A stretch of 64,000 nt of DNA, from NCBI GenBank assembly GCA_026706025.1, contig JAPOZO010000087.1:15522-79521 (forward strand), written 5' to 3'. Source of the stretch: Candidatus Poribacteria bacterium. GTDB taxonomy: Bacteria; Poribacteria; WGA-4E; WGA-3G. Below the pieces are notes generated by a model. That model did not search any database. It was not told where the DNA came from and saw nothing but the letters and a program-made list of their open reading frames with translations. Position 1 is the stretch's first letter. The number at the start of each line of letters is the position of its first letter. A program made the translations under genes and the position numbers. Below, piece by piece: positions 26,459 through 35,395 of this stretch.

Positions 26459-27328
26459 ATGAGAAAGATTTATTTCGGTATAACGCTCTTAGTTCTCTTC
26501 AGCTTTGTAACTATGGTTTCAGCCAACGATTTGGCTTTTTACTCGGGGCCTACCAACCCGGGTTGGATTTCCGATAAAGCCGTCCAAGAGAACGTCAAGG
26601 TCATTAAAGATGACCCAGGTGTCAAAGCACTCTTTAACAGTATAGAAGATTTCGGTGATGGCGATGAAGTGGGAGACAATTCCCCGCTCGCTAAGTGGAC
26701 CAAGGAACATACCGATAACGGACAGCAAGATGTTATCATCCTTGCCTGTGGAACCTGTCCAAGTGGGCTTTATGAGTTCCCGAATAAGGATGCAGATGGA
26801 TCCAATGTTGAGAACTTTGTTGAAGCCGGTAATGTCGTTATTAACGTCGCAGACTGGATCTTCTATATGAGTTACGAAGGCGGTGTCCGCAGTCCGAATA
26901 ACGGTCCTACGGGGGCTGCCAATGTCTTTGATATTGATGGACTCAGCTTTGGGGCACGCGTTGGTGCTATGAAACCGACAGACCTCGGGAAAAAGGTTAT
27001 GCCATCAATGGAGGCATTCAATTCTGATCGTCCTTGGCACGTAGAGCAGTTTAAAGGTTCAGATTGGGATCTCGTGATTTTCGGGGAGGCTGACAAAAGT
27101 AACGCTGACCCAGCAGTTGCTATTAGCAAGTCACCGGGTGGAGACGGAACCGGCATGATCGCCGCGATGTGGCAAGCCGCTAAACCCGAATGGCCTGGAA
27201 ATACCGACATCCGCGGTATCGGTGTTGCTGAATTCATCAACAACTGGCTCGCAGAGAATGGCACCTTTGATGTTGAAGCCAAGAACAAGTTGGCGACAAC
27301 TTGGGGTACCATTAAGCAGACTCGCTAA
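26459..27328 (+). CDS. Secreted hypothetical protein ending in the C-terminal motif KLATTWGTIKQTR
   Basis: AAGGAGG precedes the ATG at 26459. The signal peptide is MRKIYFGITLLVLFSFVTMVSA. The track ORF starts at 26429. Confidence 0.6.
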   Translation: MRKIYFGITLLVLFSFVTMVSANDLAFYSGPTNPGWISDKAVQENVKVIKDDPGVKALFNSIEDFGDGDEVGDNSPLAKWTKEHTDNGQQDVIILACGTCPSGLYEFPNKDADGSNVENFVEAGNVVINVADWIFYMSYEGGVRSPNNGPTGAANVFDIDGLSFGARVGAMKPTDLGKKVMPSMEAFNSDRPWHVEQFKGSDWDLVIFGEADKSNADPAVAISKSPGGDGTGMIAAMWQAAKPEWPGNTDIRGIGVAEFINNWLAENGTFDVEAKNKLATTWGTIKQTR

Positions 27329-27380
27329 TTTCAGGTATGCCAGTGTCGGAATAGTAATAAGTTAGCCGACATCTTCTATA

Positions 27381-27434
27381 GGGAATTTCCGAACTGCCGC
27401 CGAGGCAGCCCAGGAAGTTCCCTTTTTTCTTTTT
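27381..27434 (+). terminator. Intrinsic terminator between convergent genes
   Basis: The stem GGGAATTTCC...GGAAGTTCCC (10 bp, 1 mismatch) encloses CTGCC/GGCAG and is followed by TTTTTTCTTTTT. Confidence 0.6.
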
Positions 27435-28115
27435 CTATCGGATATGTTGATAGAGTTTGGCAAGCTGTTCCGGTGAGAATTTAAGGAAATAGAGAAACGT
27501 TATCAGCCAGTTGTTTACTGTGGTGCGCACAATCCCTTTCGTTTCCCATCGCCGCGCAGAAATATGGATATGAGGGATAACAAGGGTTGTTTTGCCGAGT
27601 TTACGCAAATCCCTCGAAAATTCCATCTCTTCCAAAATCGGAATCTCACGGAAGCCACCGATCTTCTCGAAATCGGCACGCCTTAGAAAGATACCGCTAT
27701 CGCCATAAAACACCTTCAGATGTTTCCCTCGGATGTTTCCTGCTATCTCAATCGCACGATAGAGAATGTTGTTCCCATCAATTTTTTGACGAAACCCGCC
27801 CCCGATGTAGCCCGAAGAGAGTGCCGTTTCTACTGCTGCCAATGCCCCCGGCTCGAGCCAAATATCTGCGTGTAGAAAGATGAGAATGTCGCCTGATGCA
27901 GCGGCTGCACCTGCATTTAACTGCTTCGCGCGTCCTCGCGCAGATGTAACCACCTTTCCATACTTCTCCGCAATAGGAACCGAGCCATCAGTGCTTCCAC
28001 CGTCTACGATGATGAGTTCGTGATGTCCTAATTCAGACTGAAGTTGAGACAGCGTCTTCTCCAGAATCTTCGCTTCGTTCAGAACTGGAATGATAATTGT
28101 TATTTTCTGGGACAT
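27435..28115 (-). CDS. Family-2 glycosyltransferase (resembles the TIGR04283 type)
   Basis: It has IIIPVLNE, LIIVDGGSTDGS, GRAKQLNAGA and FLHAD. Confidence 0.7.
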   Translation of the reverse strand: MSQKITIIIPVLNEAKILEKTLSQLQSELGHHELIIVDGGSTDGSVPIAEKYGKVVTSARGRAKQLNAGAAAASGDILIFLHADIWLEPGALAAVETALSSGYIGGGFRQKIDGNNILYRAIEIAGNIRGKHLKVFYGDSGIFLRRADFEKIGGFREIPILEEMEFSRDLRKLGKTTLVIPHIHISARRWETKGIVRTTVNNWLITFLYFLKFSPEQLAKLYQHIR

Positions 28116-28128
28116 TGCTATGCGCGAC

Positions 28129-29868
28129 CTAAGATGGAGTTTGCGCGAACTGATTCAGAGCCAGCATCGGAAAAACGGACGCATTAATCGGGTCCGCATA
28201 TCCGCCAATAAACTCCCAATAGATACCGACGCACTGCTCTTGCCAGGAGCCGTCTTCCCGCTGATGTTCGAGTAGAAATTGTATGCCGTTTTGCGCTGCA
28301 CGATTTTCCGGGTTCACTTGGAGAAGGGCATAAGTACTCCATGCCGTCTGCTCCACTGTACTTTCGGTCGGATTTCCGAACATATCTTCGCCCCACCCGC
28401 CATCGGCATTTTGGCTACGTTCTAACCATTCAACACCACTATGAACTTCTGCTACGTTTTTCAGACCGGCTTTTACAAGTGCCGTAATAGCACACGCCGT
28501 GCCGTATGTGTCTTTTGCTAACCAGAGGTCTCGCCAATAGCCATCTCGATGAATTTGACGACGCAGCCAATTGATACCGCCCTGTATCTCGGTTTGGACA
28601 TTCGGTTTATCCGTAATGTCGCAGTCATGAAAAGCAATCAGTGCTTCAATGGCATGCGCTGTGATACTGACGCATCCAACGTCTCCTTGTCCGGGCTGAT
28701 ATGTGCTCCAACTTCCATCGCGTACCTGTTGCGTCTTTAACCATGTAATCCCGCGGCGAATAGCAGCATGTGGCATCTGTTGATCCTCGGAAGTATCAAC
28801 ACCGAGAGCGCGTATCAGGGCAAGCGTTCCGAGGGCAGTATCATCCGCGTCACTTGGAAGGGTGCTGTCGCGGAGTCCAGAAAATGCCCACCCACCATCC
28901 ATATTTTGATGTTCGACAAGCCATTGTGCAGCGTGTGTTACTTTGTCCCTAAGGGCGTCGTTGATAGGTGAGTTTTTCGCGTCTATGGGATGCACTTCTG
29001 TTAGGGCAATGATACTCAACGCTGTATCCCAAACATTGAGATTTAACGCCTCTCGACATCCACCATCAGGATTTTGGGTCTTATCGAGCCAGGCAATCCC
29101 GCGTTCAATGAATTCTCCGATTTCTTCATCAGTTTCCCATTTTTCCTGAAGTTCAATGAGTGCCAAGACCGAAAGGGCAGTAATATAGTTTACTCGAAAC
29201 CAACTGCCATCGCTGAGAACGTGTGCTTTCAGCCATGCAACAAGGGACGTTATCATTTCAGGACGTTTTGCGGTATTCAATTCGATGAGGATGAAAACAG
29301 GCACAAGTGTGTGTTGTTCAGCAATGAACAGTGCCTCAAACATTGTGGTATTGAACAGCGCGACAGGTGGCAGCCGATGCCTCGGTGGTTTCAATCGACT
29401 GCCAAGCAGCGGGATTTTTGTCAATTGCCTTGCTAATTTCATAAGCGGCAGGGCATTTTCTGAGAAGGTAAGTTCGTTCCAGTCAAATTCGCCGAAAGCC
29501 GCGTAAGCCAAGTTGACCAAGGCGAGGTGTGGCGGCAATTTCGGGATAGATGCTAATAGTTTTTGGAGTGATGCGTCTGGGGCGCGTTGGTGAACTTGTT
29601 TTAGAATGATTTGGGTGAATCGCGTTGCTTCTGCGTTTGATATGTTGGCAATATCCAATCCCCATCTGTCATCATTGTTCTGGTTTGCTCTGAACCATTC
29701 GATTAACGCAAGTTCAGGCGTTTCGCCGCGTGCGAGTTGTATCCAAGCATACGCGCAGCTCGGAAACGTACTTGACGAGAGTTGCCCCTCAAAATTTCCG
29801 TCTTCGCACTGTTGCCTAAGTAGAAAGGTAGTGCCGCGCGTTAATACAGATTTGATTTCTTCTTTCAT
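28129..29868 (-). CDS. Class II terpene cyclase, squalene-hopene-cyclase-like
   Basis: The DxDD motif appears as SDADDTAL. There are multiple QW repeats (QNADGGWGE, QREDGSWQ, QVRDGSWS, QNMDGGWAF). The length is 579 aa. Confidence 0.75.
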   Translation of the reverse strand: MKEEIKSVLTRGTTFLLRQQCEDGNFEGQLSSSTFPSCAYAWIQLARGETPELALIEWFRANQNNDDRWGLDIANISNAEATRFTQIILKQVHQRAPDASLQKLLASIPKLPPHLALVNLAYAAFGEFDWNELTFSENALPLMKLARQLTKIPLLGSRLKPPRHRLPPVALFNTTMFEALFIAEQHTLVPVFILIELNTAKRPEMITSLVAWLKAHVLSDGSWFRVNYITALSVLALIELQEKWETDEEIGEFIERGIAWLDKTQNPDGGCREALNLNVWDTALSIIALTEVHPIDAKNSPINDALRDKVTHAAQWLVEHQNMDGGWAFSGLRDSTLPSDADDTALGTLALIRALGVDTSEDQQMPHAAIRRGITWLKTQQVRDGSWSTYQPGQGDVGCVSITAHAIEALIAFHDCDITDKPNVQTEIQGGINWLRRQIHRDGYWRDLWLAKDTYGTACAITALVKAGLKNVAEVHSGVEWLERSQNADGGWGEDMFGNPTESTVEQTAWSTYALLQVNPENRAAQNGIQFLLEHQREDGSWQEQCVGIYWEFIGGYADPINASVFPMLALNQFAQTPS

Positions 29869-29918
29869 AATGAATTTCTGACATCCACAAAATTTCCAAG
29901 AAGCAGCTTCCTGACTGC

Positions 29919-30704
29919 TTATTGTTTAAGGTGCCCCCAGAAAGTCGGCAATGTGAATTCGGAAAACTCGACTGCCTGTGGCGCATCCAAATTTGGGCTC
30001 AGGACATCAGCCTCTCTTGCAATATCGCTGATTCGGACTTCATCCATTAATCCGAGCCACTTAAATTGACGGGTATTCTTGCTTCCGATGATAACATCAA
30101 ACCCTGCTGCACCTGCGAATTTACCGCCATGGTTCGTTGAACCGACCTCTTTGCCGTCAATATAGAGTTTGATCTGTTTGGAGTCATAGGTGCCAGCGAC
30201 GTGCTGCCACTGCTCTAATTCTAACGCATCTGTCGCACCAGCGAACGCGGTTCCCTTTTCCGTGTTAATGTGGAATTTGGTGATCCCGTTCTGAACACCT
30301 AAATGATAGGCACCCGGCGGTCCATCCCAGTTTGTGAAGATGAGGCGCCATCCAGTCAAGTCTTCGGGATAGACCCAGGCTTCAATCGTAATCTCAACTT
30401 TCGGTATCAGGACATCTGCTTCGCCGAGCGAAATCACGGTATTTCCATCAAAAACAAACGATTTTCCTGCTTTGTTTTCTTTGTTCCAATCTTGATTTGC
30501 ATCCCATGCCGCTTTTCCTTCTACCTCGCCTTTGACTTTGTTATCGGAGATGTCTACAATATCATCACCATCAAAGTGCCACAAGCCGAGCGTCGATTCA
30601 TCGGGCAGATACTCAAATCCGTCAGCGGCGAAACAGATACTGGTTCTTAAAAAAATAAGAAACGCGTATAATAAGGGCATATATTGCCATTTTATTAGAC
30701 CCAT
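29919..30704 (-). CDS. Secreted LamG-domain protein ending in the C-terminal motif TLPTFWGHLKQ
   Basis: A signal peptide is present. The LamG pattern is WRLIFTNWDG...KLYIDGKEV...LMDEVRISD. AAGGAG precedes the ATG at 30704. Confidence 0.7.
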   Translation of the reverse strand: MGLIKWQYMPLLYAFLIFLRTSICFAADGFEYLPDESTLGLWHFDGDDIVDISDNKVKGEVEGKAAWDANQDWNKENKAGKSFVFDGNTVISLGEADVLIPKVEITIEAWVYPEDLTGWRLIFTNWDGPPGAYHLGVQNGITKFHINTEKGTAFAGATDALELEQWQHVAGTYDSKQIKLYIDGKEVGSTNHGGKFAGAAGFDVIIGSKNTRQFKWLGLMDEVRISDIAREADVLSPNLDAPQAVEFSEFTLPTFWGHLKQ

Positions 30705-30739
30705 ATTTTACTCCTTCTGTGTCACTCAATTTGATGTAT

Positions 30740-30769
30740 AGTTTAGCATACAGGAACTGTCGGTGTCAA
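30740..30769 (-). promoter_or_regulatory. Sigma-70 promoter of the LamG gene
   Basis: On the minus strand: TTGACA (30769-30764), an 18-nt spacer, then TAAACT (30745-30740). Confidence 0.5.
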
Positions 30770-30788
30770 TGTTTTTAGTCGGAAAATT

Positions 30789-30803
30789 CAGAGCCATTCA
30801 ATT
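30789..30803 (-). promoter_or_regulatory. 15-nt upstream box AATTGAATGGCTCTG, copy 2
   Basis: The exact 15-mer lies on the minus strand. It ends 19 nt before the -35 at 30769-30764. Confidence 0.6.
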
Positions 30804-30904
30804 CTCCATTTGCCGAGCGAATCTTCACCACCAGGCACGGTAAGTGGGGTTTCCGAACCGCACCGGATCTTAAAAAAAAGACGTGAAATCCAATAATTTC
30901 TTAA

Positions 30905-30919
30905 AATTGAATGGCTCTG
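30905..30919 (+). promoter_or_regulatory. 15-nt box AATTGAATGGCTCTG, copy 3 (no promoter at the fixed distance)
   Basis: This exact 15-mer lies in inverted orientation to copy 2, 101 nt away. The 11-mer GTCGGAAAATT flanks both (30778-30788 and 30919-30929). Confidence 0.5.
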
Positions 30920-31167
30920 TCGGAAAATTGGTATAGGAGGGTCATTTACTGTATATTGGGAACTGCGCCTTTCATGAACTATAGCGGAACTTAGAATTAA
31001 TCCTACGTGATTTGTTTGTTGGGTTTCGCTATATCTATGTCTATCAACGATTCATGGGAAAGCGAGATTTCTGCTATAAATACAGCGATCTTGGTCTTCA
31101 CTGCTCAACCAACCTACGGAAACTTCATTCGCATTTTTAATTACCAAACTCACGTTATCGTACATAT

Positions 31168-31197
31168 TTGACTGCAACAGCCAAAGTGTGCTATAAT
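31168..31197 (+). promoter_or_regulatory. Sigma-70 promoter of the TonB-dependent receptor gene
   Basis: TTGACT (31168-31173), an 18-nt spacer ending in TGc, then TATAAT (31192-31197). Confidence 0.6.
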
Positions 31198-31240
31198 AGC
31201 CATATAAAAGCAGATAAACTATACGCTGAGGTGCAGCTGG

Positions 31241-33268
31241 ATGTTTAGCTTTAACCTTCGGAAGCCGATATACCTAATCTTTTCCGCGCTGTTTTTTGGA
31301 TTAACGGGTCTGTTTGCAACTTTCGCTGAAGAGGGAACCGCGCCTGTAGAGCTGGAAAAAATTGTTGTAACCCCCGGTCGCTTTACGATTTATGACGGCA
31401 CTTCAGCAAGAATCTCCCTATCTAAACAGGAAATTGAGCGTTTTCCGTTGATTGACAACGATGTGATGCGTGCCGGACACGTCTTTCCAGGGGTTGTTTC
31501 AAGCGATTATAGCGCGCGATTCAGCGTTCGCGGCGGAGAAAAAGATGATATTGCTGTCAGATTAGACGGCATGGAGCTCTATAACCCTTATCATCTTCAA
31601 GACTTCGGTGGTGCGGTTTCGCTCATCGGACTCGAACTCGTTCAGAACACGCAGCTGCTCATAGGTGGATTCCCCGCGGAATATGGTGAAAAGATGTCTG
31701 GTGTCTTTGACATCACGGCGAGATCTCCAAATACCGAGCAATTCTCCGCTAATTTTGGCGTAGATCTGATTAACGCGACTGCTACTTTAGAAGGACCGCT
31801 CTTTGAGAACGGCGGGTGGCTCCTATCAGCCCGCCGCGGGTATATTGATTTAATTCTTGCCCTTATGGATATTGACGAGGACTATAAACCGCAGTATGCC
31901 GATGTCTACAGTAAATTCACATATCAGGTCACACAGGCAGATACGGTCACGCTTAATGGATTATACGGTTGGGACAAAAATCGGATTCGCTTAGAGGATA
32001 TAGATAATAACTTGGATTCCCAATACGATAACTCAACCCTTTGGGCGAAGTGGCGGCATACCTTTGGTGGTTCACACTGGACAGATTTTTTCGTTTTCGC
32101 TGGTACTTCCACGCAAGATAGAATGACTGGGAAGGCTGATATTGATAACCGAGACTTCCGATTCTTGGGGACAAAAGCGGAGTTCACTGCAAGCCTTTTT
32201 GACGCACACACATTCCGGAGCGGCGTGAAGTGGCAGTGGTTAACTGCTCAATATCAATACGATGTTCAAGAACGGCAAGCAGGTGTAAACATCTATAAAC
32301 CTATTCTCGTTGATGTTGACAATAGTGGGAGCGACATCAGTGCTTTCTTGCAGGATGAGTGGCAACTCCACCCTAAACTTGCTCTCAATGTTGGTGCGCA
32401 TTTTGTTTACCAACAGTATCGTGAAACCGGCATTCAGCGTTATGAAATTGGACCGCGGGTTGCACTGGCAGTAAAACCTGTGAATAACTTAGTCCTACGG
32501 GGCGCGTGGGGACTTTACCACCAACCGGTTAGCCTAATGGGTGTGCCTGTAGAGGACGGTATTCAGACCGTTGGACGCGCGGAACAAGCCGTGCATTACG
32601 TTATCGGTGCTGAATATACCCCTACCCATAATTTTTTGGTGCGTGTGGAGGGGTATTACAATACATTTGATAATCTTGTTGGACGGCTTCGCGAGTTTGG
32701 ACGACAAAATCAGATTTTCGCCGCACCAGAGTCTGGGGACGCTAAAGGTTTCGATGTGTTCATGACGCATACGGTTTCAGATCGGTTGGCGTGGACGCTC
32801 GGGTACGCTTATGGCATCGCGGAAGAGATCGCTGGTGGTGAAACTATTTTTCGCCAGTATGACAGGCGCCACTCTTTCGCCGTTAGTAGTAACTATCAGT
32901 TTGCTCCGCTCTGGCATCTCTATCTCAGTTGGCGTTTCCATACTGGTGAACCGCGGACACCACTTATTCACACGGAAGTCCGGCTACCTGATGGCGGCAT
33001 TGCCTGCGACCGACAATTTGGGGATACGCATTCAGCGCGGATGCCTGCTTACCATAGTCTTGATTTTCGTATCACCAAGCGAAACCCTTATCGGCGATGG
33101 GAGTTATCTTGGTACTTCCAGATTTTGAACCTATATAACCATAGAAATCTGGATCAGTACGCCTTTAGTGAAGTACGCAATGAGGAAACGGGTACTATTG
33201 AGTGTGCTATTGAGGAAGAACCCCTCTTTCCAATCGTTCCGACCTTGGGTGTTACGATGCGTTTCTAA
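31241..33268 (+). CDS. TonB-dependent outer-membrane receptor
   Basis: It has a signal peptide, a plug region (VVTPGRF...RFSVRGG), a long beta-barrel and a C-terminal aromatic residue (GVTMRF). Confidence 0.8.
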   Translation: MFSFNLRKPIYLIFSALFFGLTGLFATFAEEGTAPVELEKIVVTPGRFTIYDGTSARISLSKQEIERFPLIDNDVMRAGHVFPGVVSSDYSARFSVRGGEKDDIAVRLDGMELYNPYHLQDFGGAVSLIGLELVQNTQLLIGGFPAEYGEKMSGVFDITARSPNTEQFSANFGVDLINATATLEGPLFENGGWLLSARRGYIDLILALMDIDEDYKPQYADVYSKFTYQVTQADTVTLNGLYGWDKNRIRLEDIDNNLDSQYDNSTLWAKWRHTFGGSHWTDFFVFAGTSTQDRMTGKADIDNRDFRFLGTKAEFTASLFDAHTFRSGVKWQWLTAQYQYDVQERQAGVNIYKPILVDVDNSGSDISAFLQDEWQLHPKLALNVGAHFVYQQYRETGIQRYEIGPRVALAVKPVNNLVLRGAWGLYHQPVSLMGVPVEDGIQTVGRAEQAVHYVIGAEYTPTHNFLVRVEGYYNTFDNLVGRLREFGRQNQIFAAPESGDAKGFDVFMTHTVSDRLAWTLGYAYGIAEEIAGGETIFRQYDRRHSFAVSSNYQFAPLWHLYLSWRFHTGEPRTPLIHTEVRLPDGGIACDRQFGDTHSARMPAYHSLDFRITKRNPYRRWELSWYFQILNLYNHRNLDQYAFSEVRNEETGTIECAIEEEPLFPIVPTLGVTMRF

Positions 33269-33373
33269 AGATATAATGTCGCTTCTGTATGGATAAACTA
33301 TATTTTAGATTTCGGTGTGAAAGCGGTTTTTCAAACGCCATGAAACTCTCCAATTTAAAAAACAGATAAGAAG

Positions 33374-33817
33374 ATGTTGAAATATATCAGAAAAGCACTC
33401 AAAAAAATACGACGACGGTATATAAGAAATTTGCAGAGACGGGACTTGCCGAAGGCTGCACCAAGTGTAGTTGAAGCGATTCTACCGTTAGACGCTGATA
33501 CGTACACGATCACACCGACGCAACTTAAAGAGATGATGAACGAAGATAAACCGTTCATTTTGTTGGATGTGCGGGAGAAATGGGAGTATGAGATGGTTCA
33601 TATTGACGGAGCTATGTTGATGCCTTTCGGCGAGTTACCGAGACGGTTTAGGGAAATTACGCCAGGCGTTGAGGTGGTGGTGTATTGCCACTGGGGCATG
33701 CGGGGGCTTGATGCAGCATTTCTTTTGCAACAACTCGGTTTTAAATCCGTGAAGAGTCTGATCGGCGGCATTGATCGGTGGGCACAGGAAATTGATACCC
33801 AGACCCTACGATATTAG
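33374..33817 (+). CDS. Rhodanese-domain sulfurtransferase with a basic N-terminal extension
   Basis: It has ILLDVREKWEY and the active-site loop VVVYCHWGMRG. Confidence 0.75.
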   Translation: MLKYIRKALKKIRRRYIRNLQRRDLPKAAPSVVEAILPLDADTYTITPTQLKEMMNEDKPFILLDVREKWEYEMVHIDGAMLMPFGELPRRFREITPGVEVVVYCHWGMRGLDAAFLLQQLGFKSVKSLIGGIDRWAQEIDTQTLRY

Positions 33818-33835
33818 TGCTGCATGTATCTCTAT

Positions 33836-35227
33836 CTACGCTTCTGTTTTGAAATCTTGGCTCTGGAGTTCATATTTCTGCATCCGGTGCTGGAGTTTGC
33901 GACGTGAGATACCGAGCAGTTTCGCCGCTTGAATCTGGTTTCCATTGCTTCTTGTCAATGCCGTGCACACATATTCCTTAATAATTTCCTCAAGTGAGAC
34001 CCCTTCTTCCGGTATATCGAACTCAACATCGGTCGTAGGCAGTGATGTATCTAAAATTTCCGGAGGCAATTCATCTTTGTCGATCACTTCATTTTCTGAA
34101 AGCACAAAGATCCTGCGGAGGTAATTTTCTAATTGCCGAATGTTGCCGGGCCACTCATAACGCCGGAGTGCTGACATCGCCTGCGGTGTAACTTGCTTTG
34201 GTAACGCCTCCGCGTATTCATTGCTGAACTTCTGGATGAGGAAATTCACGAGCATTGGAATATCCTCAGGGTGTTCCCGAAGTGGCGGGACGTGAAGCGG
34301 AATCACATTCAGGCGAAAATAGAGATCGTCACGGAATGCCCCATCTCGGACGGCTTGAATTAAGTTCTTATTCGTGGCGGCGATCACACAAACATCCACT
34401 TTAATGTTCTGAGTTCCACCGATTCGGCGTATCTCGCGTTCTTCTAAGACATGTAAGAGTTTGCTCTGTGTCTGCGTCGGGAGATCGCCGATCTCGTCAA
34501 GGAAGAGTATCCCTTCGTTTGCGACTTCAAACAACCCTTTCTTTTGATGCGCGGCATCTGTAAACGCCCCCTTTTCGTGACCAAAGAGTTCACTTTCAAT
34601 CAGCGTATCTGGAATCGCACCACAATTAACTGCGATGAAAGGTTTGCCTTTCCTAAGACCATGCTTGTGAAGTGCCCGTGCGATTAAACTTTTCCCAGAA
34701 CCAGTTTCTCCTGTGATGAGCACTTGCGTGACACCGCGATGCAAAATCCGAGCCATCTTTTTGAAAAGCTCCTGCATTTGCTCGCTTTCACCCACAATCT
34801 CATCAATCTGAATGTCAGGGGTTGGATCATCGGTCTCGCTTTCAGGCTCTCCGAGCGCGCCGCGAGTCTGTAAGGCATGCTTCACTTCCCGTTTCAGAAC
34901 ATCAAGCTGAATCGGTTTTTCGAGGTAGTAAAACGCACCTTCATGTGCCACAAGATTCACAGCATCATTCAATTCGGCGTACGCTGTCATGATAAGAACC
35001 GGTAGATCTGGGTCAGTGCGCTTTATTTCCCGAAGCAGATCTCGACCTTCAAACCGTGAAGACATCCACATATCACTGATAACGAGATCAAACATCTGTT
35101 TCTCTAAGCTCTCAAGCGCGGCTTTGCTGTCTCCAACGATTTCAACCGTGTACCCTTCACGTTTCAAGATACGCTGTAGGATTGTCAGTTGTGCCTGGTC
35201 GTCGTCTACGATTAGTATTGATGCCAT
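33836..35227 (-). CDS. Sigma-54-dependent response regulator (NtrC family)
   Basis: The REC domain is marked by ILIVDDD...DLVISDMWM. The AAA+ domain has GETGSGKS and the GAFTGA-type loop GHEKGAFTDA. A C-terminal Fis-type HTH is present (AAKLLGISRRKLQHRM). Confidence 0.9.
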   Translation of the reverse strand: MASILIVDDDQAQLTILQRILKREGYTVEIVGDSKAALESLEKQMFDLVISDMWMSSRFEGRDLLREIKRTDPDLPVLIMTAYAELNDAVNLVAHEGAFYYLEKPIQLDVLKREVKHALQTRGALGEPESETDDPTPDIQIDEIVGESEQMQELFKKMARILHRGVTQVLITGETGSGKSLIARALHKHGLRKGKPFIAVNCGAIPDTLIESELFGHEKGAFTDAAHQKKGLFEVANEGILFLDEIGDLPTQTQSKLLHVLEEREIRRIGGTQNIKVDVCVIAATNKNLIQAVRDGAFRDDLYFRLNVIPLHVPPLREHPEDIPMLVNFLIQKFSNEYAEALPKQVTPQAMSALRRYEWPGNIRQLENYLRRIFVLSENEVIDKDELPPEILDTSLPTTDVEFDIPEEGVSLEEIIKEYVCTALTRSNGNQIQAAKLLGISRRKLQHRMQKYELQSQDFKTEA

Positions 35228-35266
35228 CGTTTGGTTCTCCTCATTTGAACCCGTAAATTTATGGGA

Positions 35267-35395
35267 TAGGACTTACGCATGCTGCTCTTTTGTAGCATAG
35301 GAAACCGTTGGTCTCCTGTGCCAAGAGACCGTCTGTGTTTTTTCTAAGCACCCTACTTAACAGTATGCGCTAAAATCAAAATTGCGTAAGTCCTA
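35267..35395. repeat. MITE-like element with 13-bp perfect terminal inverted repeats
   Basis: TAGGACTTACGCA at 35267-35279 pairs with TGCGTAAGTCCTA at 35383-35395. The right arm overlaps the kinase stop codon. There is an internal GGTCTC/GAGACC hairpin. Confidence 0.6.
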
